DNA of 64,000 nt from a virus (Duplodnaviria; Caudoviricetes), in the IMG/VR virus record IMGVR_UViG_3300032007_000015; one strand, given 5' to 3'. How positions within the stretch are numbered: the stretch's first letter is position 1; the number at the start of each line of letters is the position of its first letter. Below the pieces are notes generated by a model. That model was not told the origin of the DNA and made no database searches. It saw nothing but the letters and a program-made list of their open reading frames with translations. This document shows, one piece after another, positions 18,815-29,012 of this stretch. The position numbers and the translations under genes were made by a program.

Positions 18815-21559
18815 TTAACCATTATTTTGTGAATTATTGTTTTGATTGTTATTATCGTTATTCTGGTTGTTATTATTTTGAGAATTGTTGTTATTCTTTT
18901 TATTTGGATTTTCATTTGCATACTTTTCCAAAATTGCAAAATATTCATATGCCTTATCACGATAAGCATTAGTAATAGCACCAATATCTGTTTGAACAAT
19001 TCTTGATAACTCAGTCATAATTCCAGAATTATTTTTATCATTAAGTTTATCATTCAATGACGTAATTTTATTTTTAATATTATTTTTTGAGTTTTTAACA
19101 GTTGTTGTGTAATTATTGAAGAAATCTTTACAATAAGCTATCATACCATTTTCACCTTTAATGGTATTTTCTAATTCTCCATTTGAAATAGTTACTACAT
19201 CTTGACTACCATACATAAACTTATAATACTCAGTCATTGCCTTACCCATATTTTTTTCTCCGTTATTAATATTATTTATTAACTTACTAGAATCAGTTTT
19301 TCTAGTTTTATCTAAATAAACAGATAAGACATTATCCTTATTAATATTATTAACATCAATTGAATTTAACCCATCAGCTATATTAGATAATGCTGTCTGG
19401 AACGTGATATTTGTCTGATATCTATGGAAATTATCAATTGAATTATTAATATATTTTCTAGATGTTAAATAAGATATATTCTCTTCATTATTAATAAAAT
19501 TACGTTGTTTTACTGTATTCTTAGTTAATTTATCAACTATTGTATCTAAAAACTTAAGAATCCTGTCAATAATATTATTCTTTTTATCTTCATTAGTTTT
19601 ATTATCATTTTGATTATTATTTTGTGAATTATTGTTCTGGTTTTGGTTATTGTTTTGATTGTTATTATTATTCTGGTTGTTATTATTTTGTGAATTATTG
19701 TTAGTATTCTGATTATTATTATTCTGATTTGATGTATTATTGTTATTTTGTGTATTATTCTGATTATTATTTCCATTATTATTAGTATTATTATTCTGAT
19801 TTTCATCAGCCTCACTAAATAATGAAAACTCACTTGTATCTATAATTTTATTCATAGATTCATTCATTGTATCACAATAAATTTTATTAACATCAATAAT
19901 ACCTTCCTCTTTTATAATATCATACATACTTTCAAATACATAGTCTAAGTAATCAACAGATTCATGAAGCAAATCATCTATACTAGTTGTATAATTACCA
20001 TTATCAATTCTTTCAATAATACTACTTAAATTTAAAACACGATTTATCAAAGCTTTACCTATTAATAACACAGAATTTCTATAATCACTTTCAAACTTTC
20101 TAAGCCATTCAAGTGTTTCAATATTTCTTGTTTCATTTTCATAATGGTTATTAGTATTATCAGAAATAGCTTTCTGAATACCTACTAATTTATTATATAT
20201 AAGCTCAAAACTACGAGCAAACTTACGAATATATTTATCACCATCTCGTAATTCACTCATTATACTCATAAATATATCTGCTGAAGTAAAAGATTCGTTC
20301 TCGTCATAATATCTAACTGAATCAATTGTTTTAAGTACAGGTAAAATCATTTTAGATATACCTGGATACAAAGCTGAACCAGCAATAATCTTATCAAGTG
20401 GTTCATCAGGATCTTCAAGATTTTTTATAATATAATATAAACCTGAATCAATTTCTACTAGAATATATCCGATATTTTTATATGGAATTTTATCATATTC
20501 ATATGCAGACACTTCATCATCAATGATACTATGAAAATAATCACCTAAATCATTACCCTGAGCAACATTTAAATTTGATTTATAATAATCATATGTTTTA
20601 GAATATAACACTGAAAAGATATCAGAATTACCCCTAAGTAATGAACATACAATTTCTTCATCTCTTAAATCTGGTTTACCATCAATAACAGATTCATGAA
20701 GCATATGTTCTAAATCTGGAAAATATCTTGATAACTTAGCGTTCAATTCAAAGTATTCTTTTGTATTATTTATTAAAGCAGAAATTTTTCTCATATACAT
20801 ACTAATCATATATATAGAAAAATCATATGTTAGTTTTGCTCCAACACTTAATACTTCAGAAGTTTTTTTAGGATTTAAATTAAGATTTCTTTCTGTTAAA
20901 GAAGTTACGGTTTTAGAAAATAGTTCAATACTTGTAAAAGCATCTATAATATCATTTTGAATATCTTGTGATAATTTACTCATATTATTAAAAGTATAAT
21001 CATAAGAACGTAAAAATGGTAATATTACAGTAGAAATATATTGACTATTTACTTGTTGAACCATTTTATTATCGTATAAAACTATATCTTTTTCTGATAC
21101 AAATTCTGGCAATGTTGTTTCAACTAATTGACATTTTACAGCATTTTCAAATTTTGCCGATTTTAATCTAATTAAATTCTTATCATTTAATTTATCATTA
21201 ACAGCATCATTTAACATTTTTTGTAATGTTTTGATGAATTCCAGAAGATATTTTGGTCTAATTTTAGATACTTCTGAAATATCATATACAAGTACTGATA
21301 CTGGTACTTCATTAATCTTTGGTGATGTATAAATTTTTGTAAAAGAATCATTAAGTTTTTCATTATATTCAGAAACATCTTTATATGAATTTAATATTTT
21401 ATCCATAAATTCTAATGGTAAATCTAATCTATTAACTAATGTTGAAGAGTATTGTTTTTTCAATATTTCATTAGAAATACGCATACTTTCAAGTACATTA
21501 AATTCATTAAATTTTGATAAAGAATCTAATACAAAACTTTGTAATATATTATTATTCAT
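18815..21559 (-). CDS. Large putative virion-internal protein with Asn/Gln low-complexity tracts
   Basis: 914 aa; VLES, LHES (x2), VFES, MNES and FSEA sites; N/Q tract of about 65 aa. Confidence 0.65.
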   Translation of the reverse strand: MNNNILQSFVLDSLSKFNEFNVLESMRISNEILKKQYSSTLVNRLDLPLEFMDKILNSYKDVSEYNEKLNDSFTKIYTSPKINEVPVSVLVYDISEVSKIRPKYLLEFIKTLQKMLNDAVNDKLNDKNLIRLKSAKFENAVKCQLVETTLPEFVSEKDIVLYDNKMVQQVNSQYISTVILPFLRSYDYTFNNMSKLSQDIQNDIIDAFTSIELFSKTVTSLTERNLNLNPKKTSEVLSVGAKLTYDFSIYMISMYMRKISALINNTKEYFELNAKLSRYFPDLEHMLHESVIDGKPDLRDEEIVCSLLRGNSDIFSVLYSKTYDYYKSNLNVAQGNDLGDYFHSIIDDEVSAYEYDKIPYKNIGYILVEIDSGLYYIIKNLEDPDEPLDKIIAGSALYPGISKMILPVLKTIDSVRYYDENESFTSADIFMSIMSELRDGDKYIRKFARSFELIYNKLVGIQKAISDNTNNHYENETRNIETLEWLRKFESDYRNSVLLIGKALINRVLNLSSIIERIDNGNYTTSIDDLLHESVDYLDYVFESMYDIIKEEGIIDVNKIYCDTMNESMNKIIDTSEFSLFSEADENQNNNTNNNGNNNQNNTQNNNNTSNQNNNNQNTNNNSQNNNNQNNNNNQNNNQNQNNNSQNNNQNDNKTNEDKKNNIIDRILKFLDTIVDKLTKNTVKQRNFINNEENISYLTSRKYINNSIDNFHRYQTNITFQTALSNIADGLNSIDVNNINKDNVLSVYLDKTRKTDSSKLINNINNGEKNMGKAMTEYYKFMYGSQDVVTISNGELENTIKGENGMIAYCKDFFNNYTTTVKNSKNNIKNKITSLNDKLNDKNNSGIMTELSRIVQTDIGAITNAYRDKAYEYFAILEKYANENPNKKNNNNSQNNNNQNNDNNNQNNNSQNNG

Positions 21560-21581
21560 TATATCACTTCCTTTTTATAGA

Positions 21582-22637
21582 TTATTTTTTCGCAGTAGGA
21601 TAATCATTTGAAAATTGATGAATACCTACACGCTTAGCATATTCAGTTGCTCTAGCCTTATCAAGATTTTGTTTATCAATTTTAGTATAAGTATTTTTTG
21701 CAGCATTTGCAATATTTGTATATTTTGTTTGAGCATTATTCATTATCTTTTTAGAATTCTTTTCTGATGCTTTTGGAAGAACTGTTGAATACATCTTATC
21801 AACCATAGATGTTGCTTTCACTTTAAGAGATGCCATTTTAGAAACATAACCTTTAGTGATTTTTTCATTGTCAGCAGCCATTTCGGCTAACATATAACCC
21901 TTCCAATGTGGAACCTCTAAGCCATCTTTTTTTTCATTCATCTTTTTGAGAGCATCTATCTTACGTTCTGTTGCTTCATGAGTAACTCTAGCTTGATCAG
22001 CCATCTGATTAATATCGACTTTATTTATGTCATTTCTAATCTTTTTACCAAGAGTCAATAAACCAGCAATTGTTATAATTGCAGTAGCAACTTGACCTGC
22101 TTTAATAATTGTATCTGCATTGTCACTAAATTTTTTCTTTAAACCTTCCCATTTTTTTCTAAACTTACTTTCATCTTCAGCTTTATCTATTTCATCTAAC
22201 ATTCTTAAATAGTTTTCATTGAAATCTTTAAAGTCTTTTAATGAACTTAAATCAATAACATTTTCATCCAATGCTACTTTAACACGTTCTGAAAGATTAG
22301 GGCATTTTTTAAGTATCATCTCTTTTTTATCAAGGTCAGATTTTCTATTCCAAGAAAATTGTCTGATAGCATCTACCTTTTCTTCAATAAATTCACGACA
22401 ACGTTTAATAATTTTTATTATGGTATTACCAATTCTAGTAAAGAAATCTTCCTTCATATTTTCATACATAACAAGGTCTTCATCTATACTTTCATTAAAG
22501 AAAATTTCATTTTCAATTTTTTCTTTTAAAAAAAGAATTGGTTCATAAATAGAATCTATTTCATTTTTAGCTTCCATATAATCACTATTAATCTTATCTA
22601 TTTCATCAAACTGATGAATATAACTTACGTTAATCAT
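21582..22637 (-). CDS. Putative internal head protein (paralog family)
   Basis: YMEA/FNES/MYEN propeptide, amphipathic helix FFTRIGNTIIKII, hydrophobic AIITIAGLLTLG. Confidence 0.6.
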   Translation of the reverse strand: MINVSYIHQFDEIDKINSDYMEAKNEIDSIYEPILFLKEKIENEIFFNESIDEDLVMYENMKEDFFTRIGNTIIKIIKRCREFIEEKVDAIRQFSWNRKSDLDKKEMILKKCPNLSERVKVALDENVIDLSSLKDFKDFNENYLRMLDEIDKAEDESKFRKKWEGLKKKFSDNADTIIKAGQVATAIITIAGLLTLGKKIRNDINKVDINQMADQARVTHEATERKIDALKKMNEKKDGLEVPHWKGYMLAEMAADNEKITKGYVSKMASLKVKATSMVDKMYSTVLPKASEKNSKKIMNNAQTKYTNIANAAKNTYTKIDKQNLDKARATEYAKRVGIHQFSNDYPTAKK

Positions 22638-22673
22638 AATTATATTTCTCCTTTCATTAAATTAATATTTATC

Positions 22674-22686
22674 TTATTTTAATGTT
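22674..22686 (-). promoter_or_regulatory. Late promoter motif AACA-N6-TAA
   Basis: AACATTAAAATAA. Confidence 0.6.
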
Positions 22687-22751
22687 TTTTAATAAAAATG
22701 GATATAATATAGGAATAAAGAAAAGAGGTGCATAAAACACCTCTTTTCTTA

Positions 22752-24551
22752 TTAAAATAATGATTCTAAAAATTGATCATCAAAATCAGTTTCTTCTAAC
22801 ATAAAATCATCATCATATACGGATTCTGTTTTAATTGTTTGAATTTCGTTCAAAAGTTTTTCTCTAGATTCATCATATTTTTCTTTTTCTGCAGGAGTCA
22901 TTAATTCAACATATCTCTTTTCATAAATACCAGCATCTAATTTAGCCACTGCGTCAATAGTTTTATTGAATAAATTTTCTAATTTATTAAGTTCAGCTCG
23001 TACTCTATTTAGATATGGGTTGAAATTTGCTATAGTTATGTTTTCACTTTGATCTACTGAATTTTTAAACATTCGTATTTCATTAACAAGTTTAACAAAT
23101 ACAAATGCTAATCTTTGTATATTTTGAATATATTTCATTTTACTTACATTAACTAATGATTCTAATGCAAGTACTGCACAAAGATCTAAGTCATCCGAAA
23201 AATCATGTATTGCAGAAAATAAAATTCCGATAGCAACTTCTGTAATTGTTGAATCTGGATTATTAACTGTTTCATTAAGACATACTTTCAATTCAGTTAT
23301 TGATTCCTTTGCGTCAGCTAAATATTTAACTGATTCTTTGTATTTTTTTTGTCTTATACATTTTTTTGCAAGATAAAATTTACGTCTACATTCATGTTTA
23401 ACATCTTTAAATTTAGTTGCAACATTATAGTTTGCACCTTCATTATAATATTCATCACCAAGGAAATTCATAGCTTCCTCTTCGAATTCTTTAAATATAT
23501 CTTCATTATTATACATAGAATACATATCATCACCACTTTCTTTAGATGTAAAATTACCTAAGTTTGAAAATCCTGATTTTAATATATCACCACTTTTTTT
23601 TATTGAATTACCCATTGCATCAATACTATCTATGGTGCTATTAACTTTTTTTTCATAACGTTTATTTTTCATTCTTGTAATAGGATTTGCTTCACTCATT
23701 TTACGTTTTATAGATGATCCAGCACCTATTTTAGCAACATCAATACCAGCACCTATTATCTCTTTAGTTTCATCTGGAGCAACTTTTGCTGCAGATCTAA
23801 CAAGTCCGATAGCATCAGTTAAACTTCCTTGAACTGATTCAATTAAACATTTCGATTCATCTCTACGTAATGTAGCAATAAATCTTCTCATACCAATAAG
23901 ACTTGATCTTGATTTAGCAACACGTTTAATCTTTTTAGCACCTTTTTCACCAAATTGATCTTCAAGATAATCAAGAACACGATTATCTGATTTAATAGCT
24001 GTTGTCATTAATTTAGCGGCATTAATGTCATCATTTATTATATGAAGTAATGCATTTAATGTGACAGTTTTTGTCACAACTTTAACACCTTTTTTTACAT
24101 CACCCTGAATCTCTTTCATCAAATCAGGTCTATTAGCAGCTTCATCCTTTTTATATGCTTCATATGCATCTTCAGCTCTTTTAATTGCAGCATCATATGT
24201 TTTTGTAATATCTTGGTATACTTTTACAGTAACCTTTTTATTTCCAAGTTCTGGATCATTTTTAATCGCATTTTTAAATTTATTATATGCTGATTTTTCA
24301 TTTGTTGATAATTTTAGATAATCAAAGAAATTAGTTATTGCATCTCTGATTTTATCTAATATACCTCTAATTACATTAATAGCTTTTTTAAATAAAGATT
24401 CAGATTTTTCAACGGCTTTTTTATTATTAACTTCAATTTCAGCGATTTCTTCTGATTTTGTAGCTTCAAAAAGTGATTGATATTCACTAAGTTCTGTATA
24501 ATTATCTAAAGCTTTATTTGCTTCTATTAAATATTCATAGAAAATATCCAT
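22752..24551 (-). CDS. Putative internal head polyprotein (two modules, possible internal start at 23525)
   Basis: LIEA/LFEA propeptide, amphipathic helix, acidic linker EFEEEAMNFLGDEYYNEG, acidic tail with KTES/LEET/FLES. Confidence 0.65.
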   Translation of the reverse strand: MDIFYEYLIEANKALDNYTELSEYQSLFEATKSEEIAEIEVNNKKAVEKSESLFKKAINVIRGILDKIRDAITNFFDYLKLSTNEKSAYNKFKNAIKNDPELGNKKVTVKVYQDITKTYDAAIKRAEDAYEAYKKDEAANRPDLMKEIQGDVKKGVKVVTKTVTLNALLHIINDDINAAKLMTTAIKSDNRVLDYLEDQFGEKGAKKIKRVAKSRSSLIGMRRFIATLRRDESKCLIESVQGSLTDAIGLVRSAAKVAPDETKEIIGAGIDVAKIGAGSSIKRKMSEANPITRMKNKRYEKKVNSTIDSIDAMGNSIKKSGDILKSGFSNLGNFTSKESGDDMYSMYNNEDIFKEFEEEAMNFLGDEYYNEGANYNVATKFKDVKHECRRKFYLAKKCIRQKKYKESVKYLADAKESITELKVCLNETVNNPDSTITEVAIGILFSAIHDFSDDLDLCAVLALESLVNVSKMKYIQNIQRLAFVFVKLVNEIRMFKNSVDQSENITIANFNPYLNRVRAELNKLENLFNKTIDAVAKLDAGIYEKRYVELMTPAEKEKYDESREKLLNEIQTIKTESVYDDDFMLEETDFDDQFLESLF

Positions 24552-24631
24552 TTATAATTCCTCACTTTCATAGAATATACTTTAAAAAATACAAGTGTGT
24601 GCTTTTTAATTCACACACTTGTATTTTAATA

Positions 24632-26518
24632 TTAGTCTAAAATATTATCTAAATCTGCTAATAATGAATCGGCATCGAGTTCATCATCATAGCTTTCTTC
24701 ATAGTAATCTTCTCCAAGAAAATCCATAGCTTCCTCTTCGAATTCATTATATGTTTCTTCACTATCAATTCTATCAATAATATCATCGGCACTTTCATAT
24801 GTGTCAATAATATCGTTAATATCATCATTATAGCTTTCTTTTAACATATTAGTTTCCTTTATGAATTTTTTATTAGCATTATAAACTTTTTCCATATCGT
24901 CAGTAAATCTATTGAGTGCTTCATGACCGATACCTTCACTCAATGCCATTGCAGCCATATAGTAATCACGATGCTTATTGTAACTATTATTATTAATGAA
25001 TAATTCATATTTTCCTTTATTGAGATATAATTTATTTTTCTGAATATACATTACAACTTTATCATGATCATCCTTAAATACAATAAATTTAGTATTGTAT
25101 TTCTTATCATTTGCATATGCATTTTGTTCAGCAATTCGTCCTAATGAATCATTAGGAAGTTCTTTATAATTTGCTAATGCATATTTTATTTCTGAAGCTT
25201 CATCATAATTATATGTCTCTTTAGTTAAATTTCCAAAAGGAATACAATCTGGATGCATTTTTTCATATAATTTAAGAAGTTTTCTTATATTTGATTTAAT
25301 TACTGCAGGAATTATAGCACCTACAACTACCTTAGTTCCAACATATGCTCCTATAGCAGAAATAGTAAAAATTTCTCCTTTTGACATTTTATGTTTTTTT
25401 AATTTATCAAAAAATTTATTATCTTTAATTTCTTTATAATTACCATCAATAATAAGTTCTTTCTTACTTGAAGGAATGATTTCATTTTTCTTTCCAAGAC
25501 TTGAAGGAATGATTTCATTTTTCTTTCCAAGACTTGAAGGAATGATTTGAGATCTACTATATGATGCTAATGATGTATCTGATTCTAGCATTGCTAATGC
25601 TTCATCAAAATCAAAATCACCATATTCAGACTCCATTGTATAATCGTCATAATCCTCATCTTCAACTGATTCACCAGTAAGAGTATTCTTTGCAGTTACA
25701 GTTTTATCTATCTTTAATGCTTTTTTAGCAACAGCAATATTATCTCCTAAAGAATCAACATATATATTTGCTTCTGTTTTTGCTAATTTTGTTCTAAAAT
25801 TAGCAGCAGCTGTCATTGCAGCTTTGCATGTTGCAGCGGCTTCATCATCAATCGCACTATCCATAAGTTTTTTCAGTGCACCTGAATTTTCTCTTTCGAT
25901 ATCTGTTATTGCTGATGGAAGAGATTCAATCTGTTTATTAATAATTGAAACTAACATACCTAATGTTACAGTTGTTGCAGCAGCTGATGCCATACAAACT
26001 TTTCTAAACTTATTATCAAATGTATCTCTTAAAGCACCGATTTGAATATCGTCAGCAGATTTGAGTTTAGAAAGAGCTTTAGCTGTTTCTTTATCGCATT
26101 TTGCTTCGAATTCTCTAATAACTTTAATCTGATCTTCGACTTTGTCAATCTTAACTTTTCTCTTTGACAAGAAAGGAGTTAATTTAACTTTCTTTTCAAT
26201 CTGTCTTAAAGTATTTCTAGATTTCTGTGTAACAATAACTCTTACAACTCTATCTTTAAGATCTGTCATGAATTTAACGAAAGCATCTATAATTGCTTTA
26301 ATTGCAGATTTTATCTTAGCGACAAATCCTTCTTCTGCAGCTTCTTTAAGTAAAGTTAAATCATCATCTGTACCAGATTCTTCAATTACTTTAAGTTCTG
26401 ACTGCTTTAAATTGATTAATAATTCTCTTTTAGCATTTTCAAGATATGCATCTATCTTTTTTGCTTTAATATCATACTCATTAGAAATTTTTAAATATTC
26501 TTCAAATGCATGTATCAT
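24632..26518 (-). CDS. Putative internal head polyprotein (two modules)
   Basis: IEES/LKEA propeptide, amphipathic helix, acidic linker TGES..TMES..MLES, second domain homologous to the C-terminal domain of ORF 15651, acidic tail. Confidence 0.65.
   Translation of the reverse strand: MIHAFEEYLKISNEYDIKAKKIDAYLENAKRELLINLKQSELKVIEESGTDDDLTLLKEAAEEGFVAKIKSAIKAIIDAFVKFMTDLKDRVVRVIVTQKSRNTLRQIEKKVKLTPFLSKRKVKIDKVEDQIKVIREFEAKCDKETAKALSKLKSADDIQIGALRDTFDNKFRKVCMASAAATTVTLGMLVSIINKQIESLPSAITDIERENSGALKKLMDSAIDDEAAATCKAAMTAAANFRTKLAKTEANIYVDSLGDNIAVAKKALKIDKTVTAKNTLTGESVEDEDYDDYTMESEYGDFDFDEALAMLESDTSLASYSRSQIIPSSLGKKNEIIPSSLGKKNEIIPSSKKELIIDGNYKEIKDNKFFDKLKKHKMSKGEIFTISAIGAYVGTKVVVGAIIPAVIKSNIRKLLKLYEKMHPDCIPFGNLTKETYNYDEASEIKYALANYKELPNDSLGRIAEQNAYANDKKYNTKFIVFKDDHDKVVMYIQKNKLYLNKGKYELFINNNSYNKHRDYYMAAMALSEGIGHEALNRFTDDMEKVYNANKKFIKETNMLKESYNDDINDIIDTYESADDIIDRIDSEETYNEFEEEAMDFLGEDYYEESYDDELDADSLLADLDNILD
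25466..25548. repeat. 33-bp in-frame tandem repeat (2.5 copies)
   Basis: ACTTGAAGGAATGATTTCATTTTTCTTTCCAAG unit, encoding IIPSSLGKKNE. Confidence 0.9.
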
Positions 26519-26541
26519 TTCAAATCATCTCCTTTTTTATT

Positions 26542-27807
26542 TTATAAAATAGACTCAAATAAATCAAGAATTTCATTTCTGTCATCTTCAATAGCACCTT
26601 CACTAATGATTTCATCAGGAATGTCGAATCCGAGAATATCTAATACTGATTCATTTGTATTCTCATCATCATTATCTTCTTCATTATCCTTATTATTTTT
26701 CTTTTTGTTTTTCTGTGCTTCTTTTTTATCCATCTTATCTTGTTCTTTTAATGCCTTATTTTCAGCTTCGCCTCTTAACGCATTAGCTTTGTTTATTGTC
26801 GATGCATTCTTTTTACCATTTTTTACATTTTGGTTTTTAAGTTGCATCGTTTTTTCTCTAAGGTCTTTATCTAATTTATCAATTTCTTTTTGAAGGTTTC
26901 TCTTTTCTTTGGTATCAGTAGAATTCTTTAACTGAGATTTCTTTTCATTTAATGTATATTTAATTTTATTAATTTCATATTTTAAGTTTTTAGAATTCTT
27001 TTGTGTATTTTCAATATTTTTTTCTGCTTTTTTATCTAACTTTTCAGCTTCTTCTAATAACTTTTCTGAAGAAAGAACTGATCTAATAGCTTTACAAATA
27101 AGACTAGTAAATTTAGAAAATATCTTGAATAAATTACTAGCAACATTTTTAGTGAATGCTTTTAATTTACCATCATTTTCAGTTTTAGAAAACTCTTTAG
27201 CTTTTCCTGATAAAAAATTTGTAGCCGTATTGGCTAAATTATAAATATTACCAAGTTCTTTAACAGTAATAGCTACGGTTGCGGCACCAGCCACAGCAAC
27301 AAGACCAACTTTTTTTAACTTTTCGTTATCACTTGTTACTTCAGATGCAATTTTTGTTCCTTCTTCAATATCTTTATTTTCAACAGCTTTCTTAGTTCTA
27401 TCAAACAAGCCAGTGAATTTTTTAATAATACCACAGCCTTCACTATTAACGTTTACTGATTCGTCACCATGTTCATTTACTGCATTATCAATATCTACTT
27501 TCTTTTTACCAAATAAAACTTGTTTGATACTTGTAAACAAACTTACTATAGCATCCCAAATTCTACGAATTAATCCTTTTTCGTCATTATTTGTTTTTTC
27601 AGCTTCTGCTTCAAAATATGCTTGTAAATCATCATATGTTGCAGATTCACATGTACATCTTAATTCAATATCTCTAATTTTAAGATCTCTCATATTTGAA
27701 AATGTATTATAAGCTAAGCAAGCTTTATCAAGATTAATATATGCATTTTCTAATGCAATATAATCAGCTTTTTCAGCTTCACTTAAATATCCATTAACTA
27801 TATTCAT
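26542..27807 (-). CDS. Putative internal head protein (paralog family)
   Basis: LSEA/TCES/YFEA sites, helix LIRRIWDAIVSLF, GLVAVAGAATVAI, basic coiled coil, acidic tail after TNES. Confidence 0.6.
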   Translation of the reverse strand: MNIVNGYLSEAEKADYIALENAYINLDKACLAYNTFSNMRDLKIRDIELRCTCESATYDDLQAYFEAEAEKTNNDEKGLIRRIWDAIVSLFTSIKQVLFGKKKVDIDNAVNEHGDESVNVNSEGCGIIKKFTGLFDRTKKAVENKDIEEGTKIASEVTSDNEKLKKVGLVAVAGAATVAITVKELGNIYNLANTATNFLSGKAKEFSKTENDGKLKAFTKNVASNLFKIFSKFTSLICKAIRSVLSSEKLLEEAEKLDKKAEKNIENTQKNSKNLKYEINKIKYTLNEKKSQLKNSTDTKEKRNLQKEIDKLDKDLREKTMQLKNQNVKNGKKNASTINKANALRGEAENKALKEQDKMDKKEAQKNKKKNNKDNEEDNDDENTNESVLDILGFDIPDEIISEGAIEDDRNEILDLFESIL

Positions 27808-27826
27808 TATTTTTCACACCTTTCTT

Positions 27827-28579
27827 TTATTTTGAATATTTATTAAATAATTTAATTGAACTATTCAATGAATTCATTACTTCACCAGAAAGTCTTGAAA
27901 GTCCAAATATGCTGTTTGCAAATTTACCAATAAGACTTACATGTGCACCTTCCAAGTTTTTTCCTTTAATTTGATTTAATATATCTTGAGTTTCATCACT
28001 AAGATTAAGAAAATCATTCATTCTTTTTTTAAGAAGTCTTGCTAAAGTTAAAATTGCACCGACTTTAAGTATAGTTTTACCTTTTTTATGCACAAAATTT
28101 GTAACTGAATCACAAAACCTTGCGACAGATTCAGCATCTTTATTTGTAAGTTTAGCAATTTTTTTAACTAATGGTCTAGCTTCAAGATATTTCTTATCTA
28201 TAAAATCTGTTATATATTTTATATCAGTAGAAAATTGTGCTTGAGCCGTACTTGATTGCATATAGTCAGCTGTTGTAAGCTTATCACCAAAACTTGTAGA
28301 GAAACTTTCTAATAAAGTTTTTATATAATCTTTTATATTCTTTAAAATTTTAAGAACTCTATCAATAGCGTTTGATATAAATGATTTCTTTTTAAGTTCA
28401 ACTTCAGTATTTTCATTTCCATCTTCAAAAAATGAATTGCATGATTCTTGATATTCTATAATATTTAGAAAATTAAGATCATTTTTCATTTCATTAAGGG
28501 ATCTATCAATACTTAATTGAGTCTTTTCTGTTAATAAATACATATCAACATTTTCTATATCATTTATAAATGATACCAT
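27827..28579 (-). CDS. Putative internal head protein (paralog family)
   Basis: Start probably MVSF (SD AGGAGG); YQES/FFED propeptide, amphipathic helix FISNAIDRVLKIL. Confidence 0.6.
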   Translation of the reverse strand: MVSFINDIENVDMYLLTEKTQLSIDRSLNEMKNDLNFLNIIEYQESCNSFFEDGNENTEVELKKKSFISNAIDRVLKILKNIKDYIKTLLESFSTSFGDKLTTADYMQSSTAQAQFSTDIKYITDFIDKKYLEARPLVKKIAKLTNKDAESVARFCDSVTNFVHKKGKTILKVGAILTLARLLKKRMNDFLNLSDETQDILNQIKGKNLEGAHVSLIGKFANSIFGLSRLSGEVMNSLNSSIKLFNKYSK

Positions 28580-28614
28580 CTTAATGATACCTCCTTTCAT
28601 TCTATAATTTTAAA

Positions 28615-28627
28615 TTAATATTATGTT
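28615..28627 (-). promoter_or_regulatory. Late promoter motif AACA-N6-TAA (internal-protein cluster)
   Basis: AACATAATATTAA. Confidence 0.6.
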
Positions 28628-28695
28628 TTTACCATTTACTTATAATGTAAAAATGATGAATGTATAGAGATTATCTCTATACATTCATCAATATA

Positions 28696-29007
28696 TTAAT
28701 CAACTAGTAATCCAAATATTATATTATCTGGTAATGAAGATGGAACTTCATTTCCAATAATTAACGACACTTTATTTTCTAATGAGTCATCTACATATTG
28801 TTTTAATCTTGTTTCAACGCCATCTATAGATAATAATGTTTTATCATACTTTGCATTTTTATTTTTTTGAGTTTTCAATACAGAATCAAGATATTCGTCA
28901 TTACCAGTAATTACATTAGAAGAATATGTTAATGGATATAAAGACATATCTTCATAACTAGTTTTTTTATGCAATTCAACATTTAATTTTTTACTCATTT
29001 CAATCAC
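28696..29007 (-). CDS. Small paralog of the tail-fibre N-terminal anchor domain
   Basis: LYPLTYSSNVITGNDEYLDSVLK aligns by eye with fibre LYPVTKVSNILVGNTSTLDKTLK. Confidence 0.55.
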   Translation of the reverse strand: MIEMSKKLNVELHKKTSYEDMSLYPLTYSSNVITGNDEYLDSVLKTQKNKNAKYDKTLLSIDGVETRLKQYVDDSLENKVSLIIGNEVPSSLPDNIIFGLLVD

Positions 29008-29012
29008 TCTCC

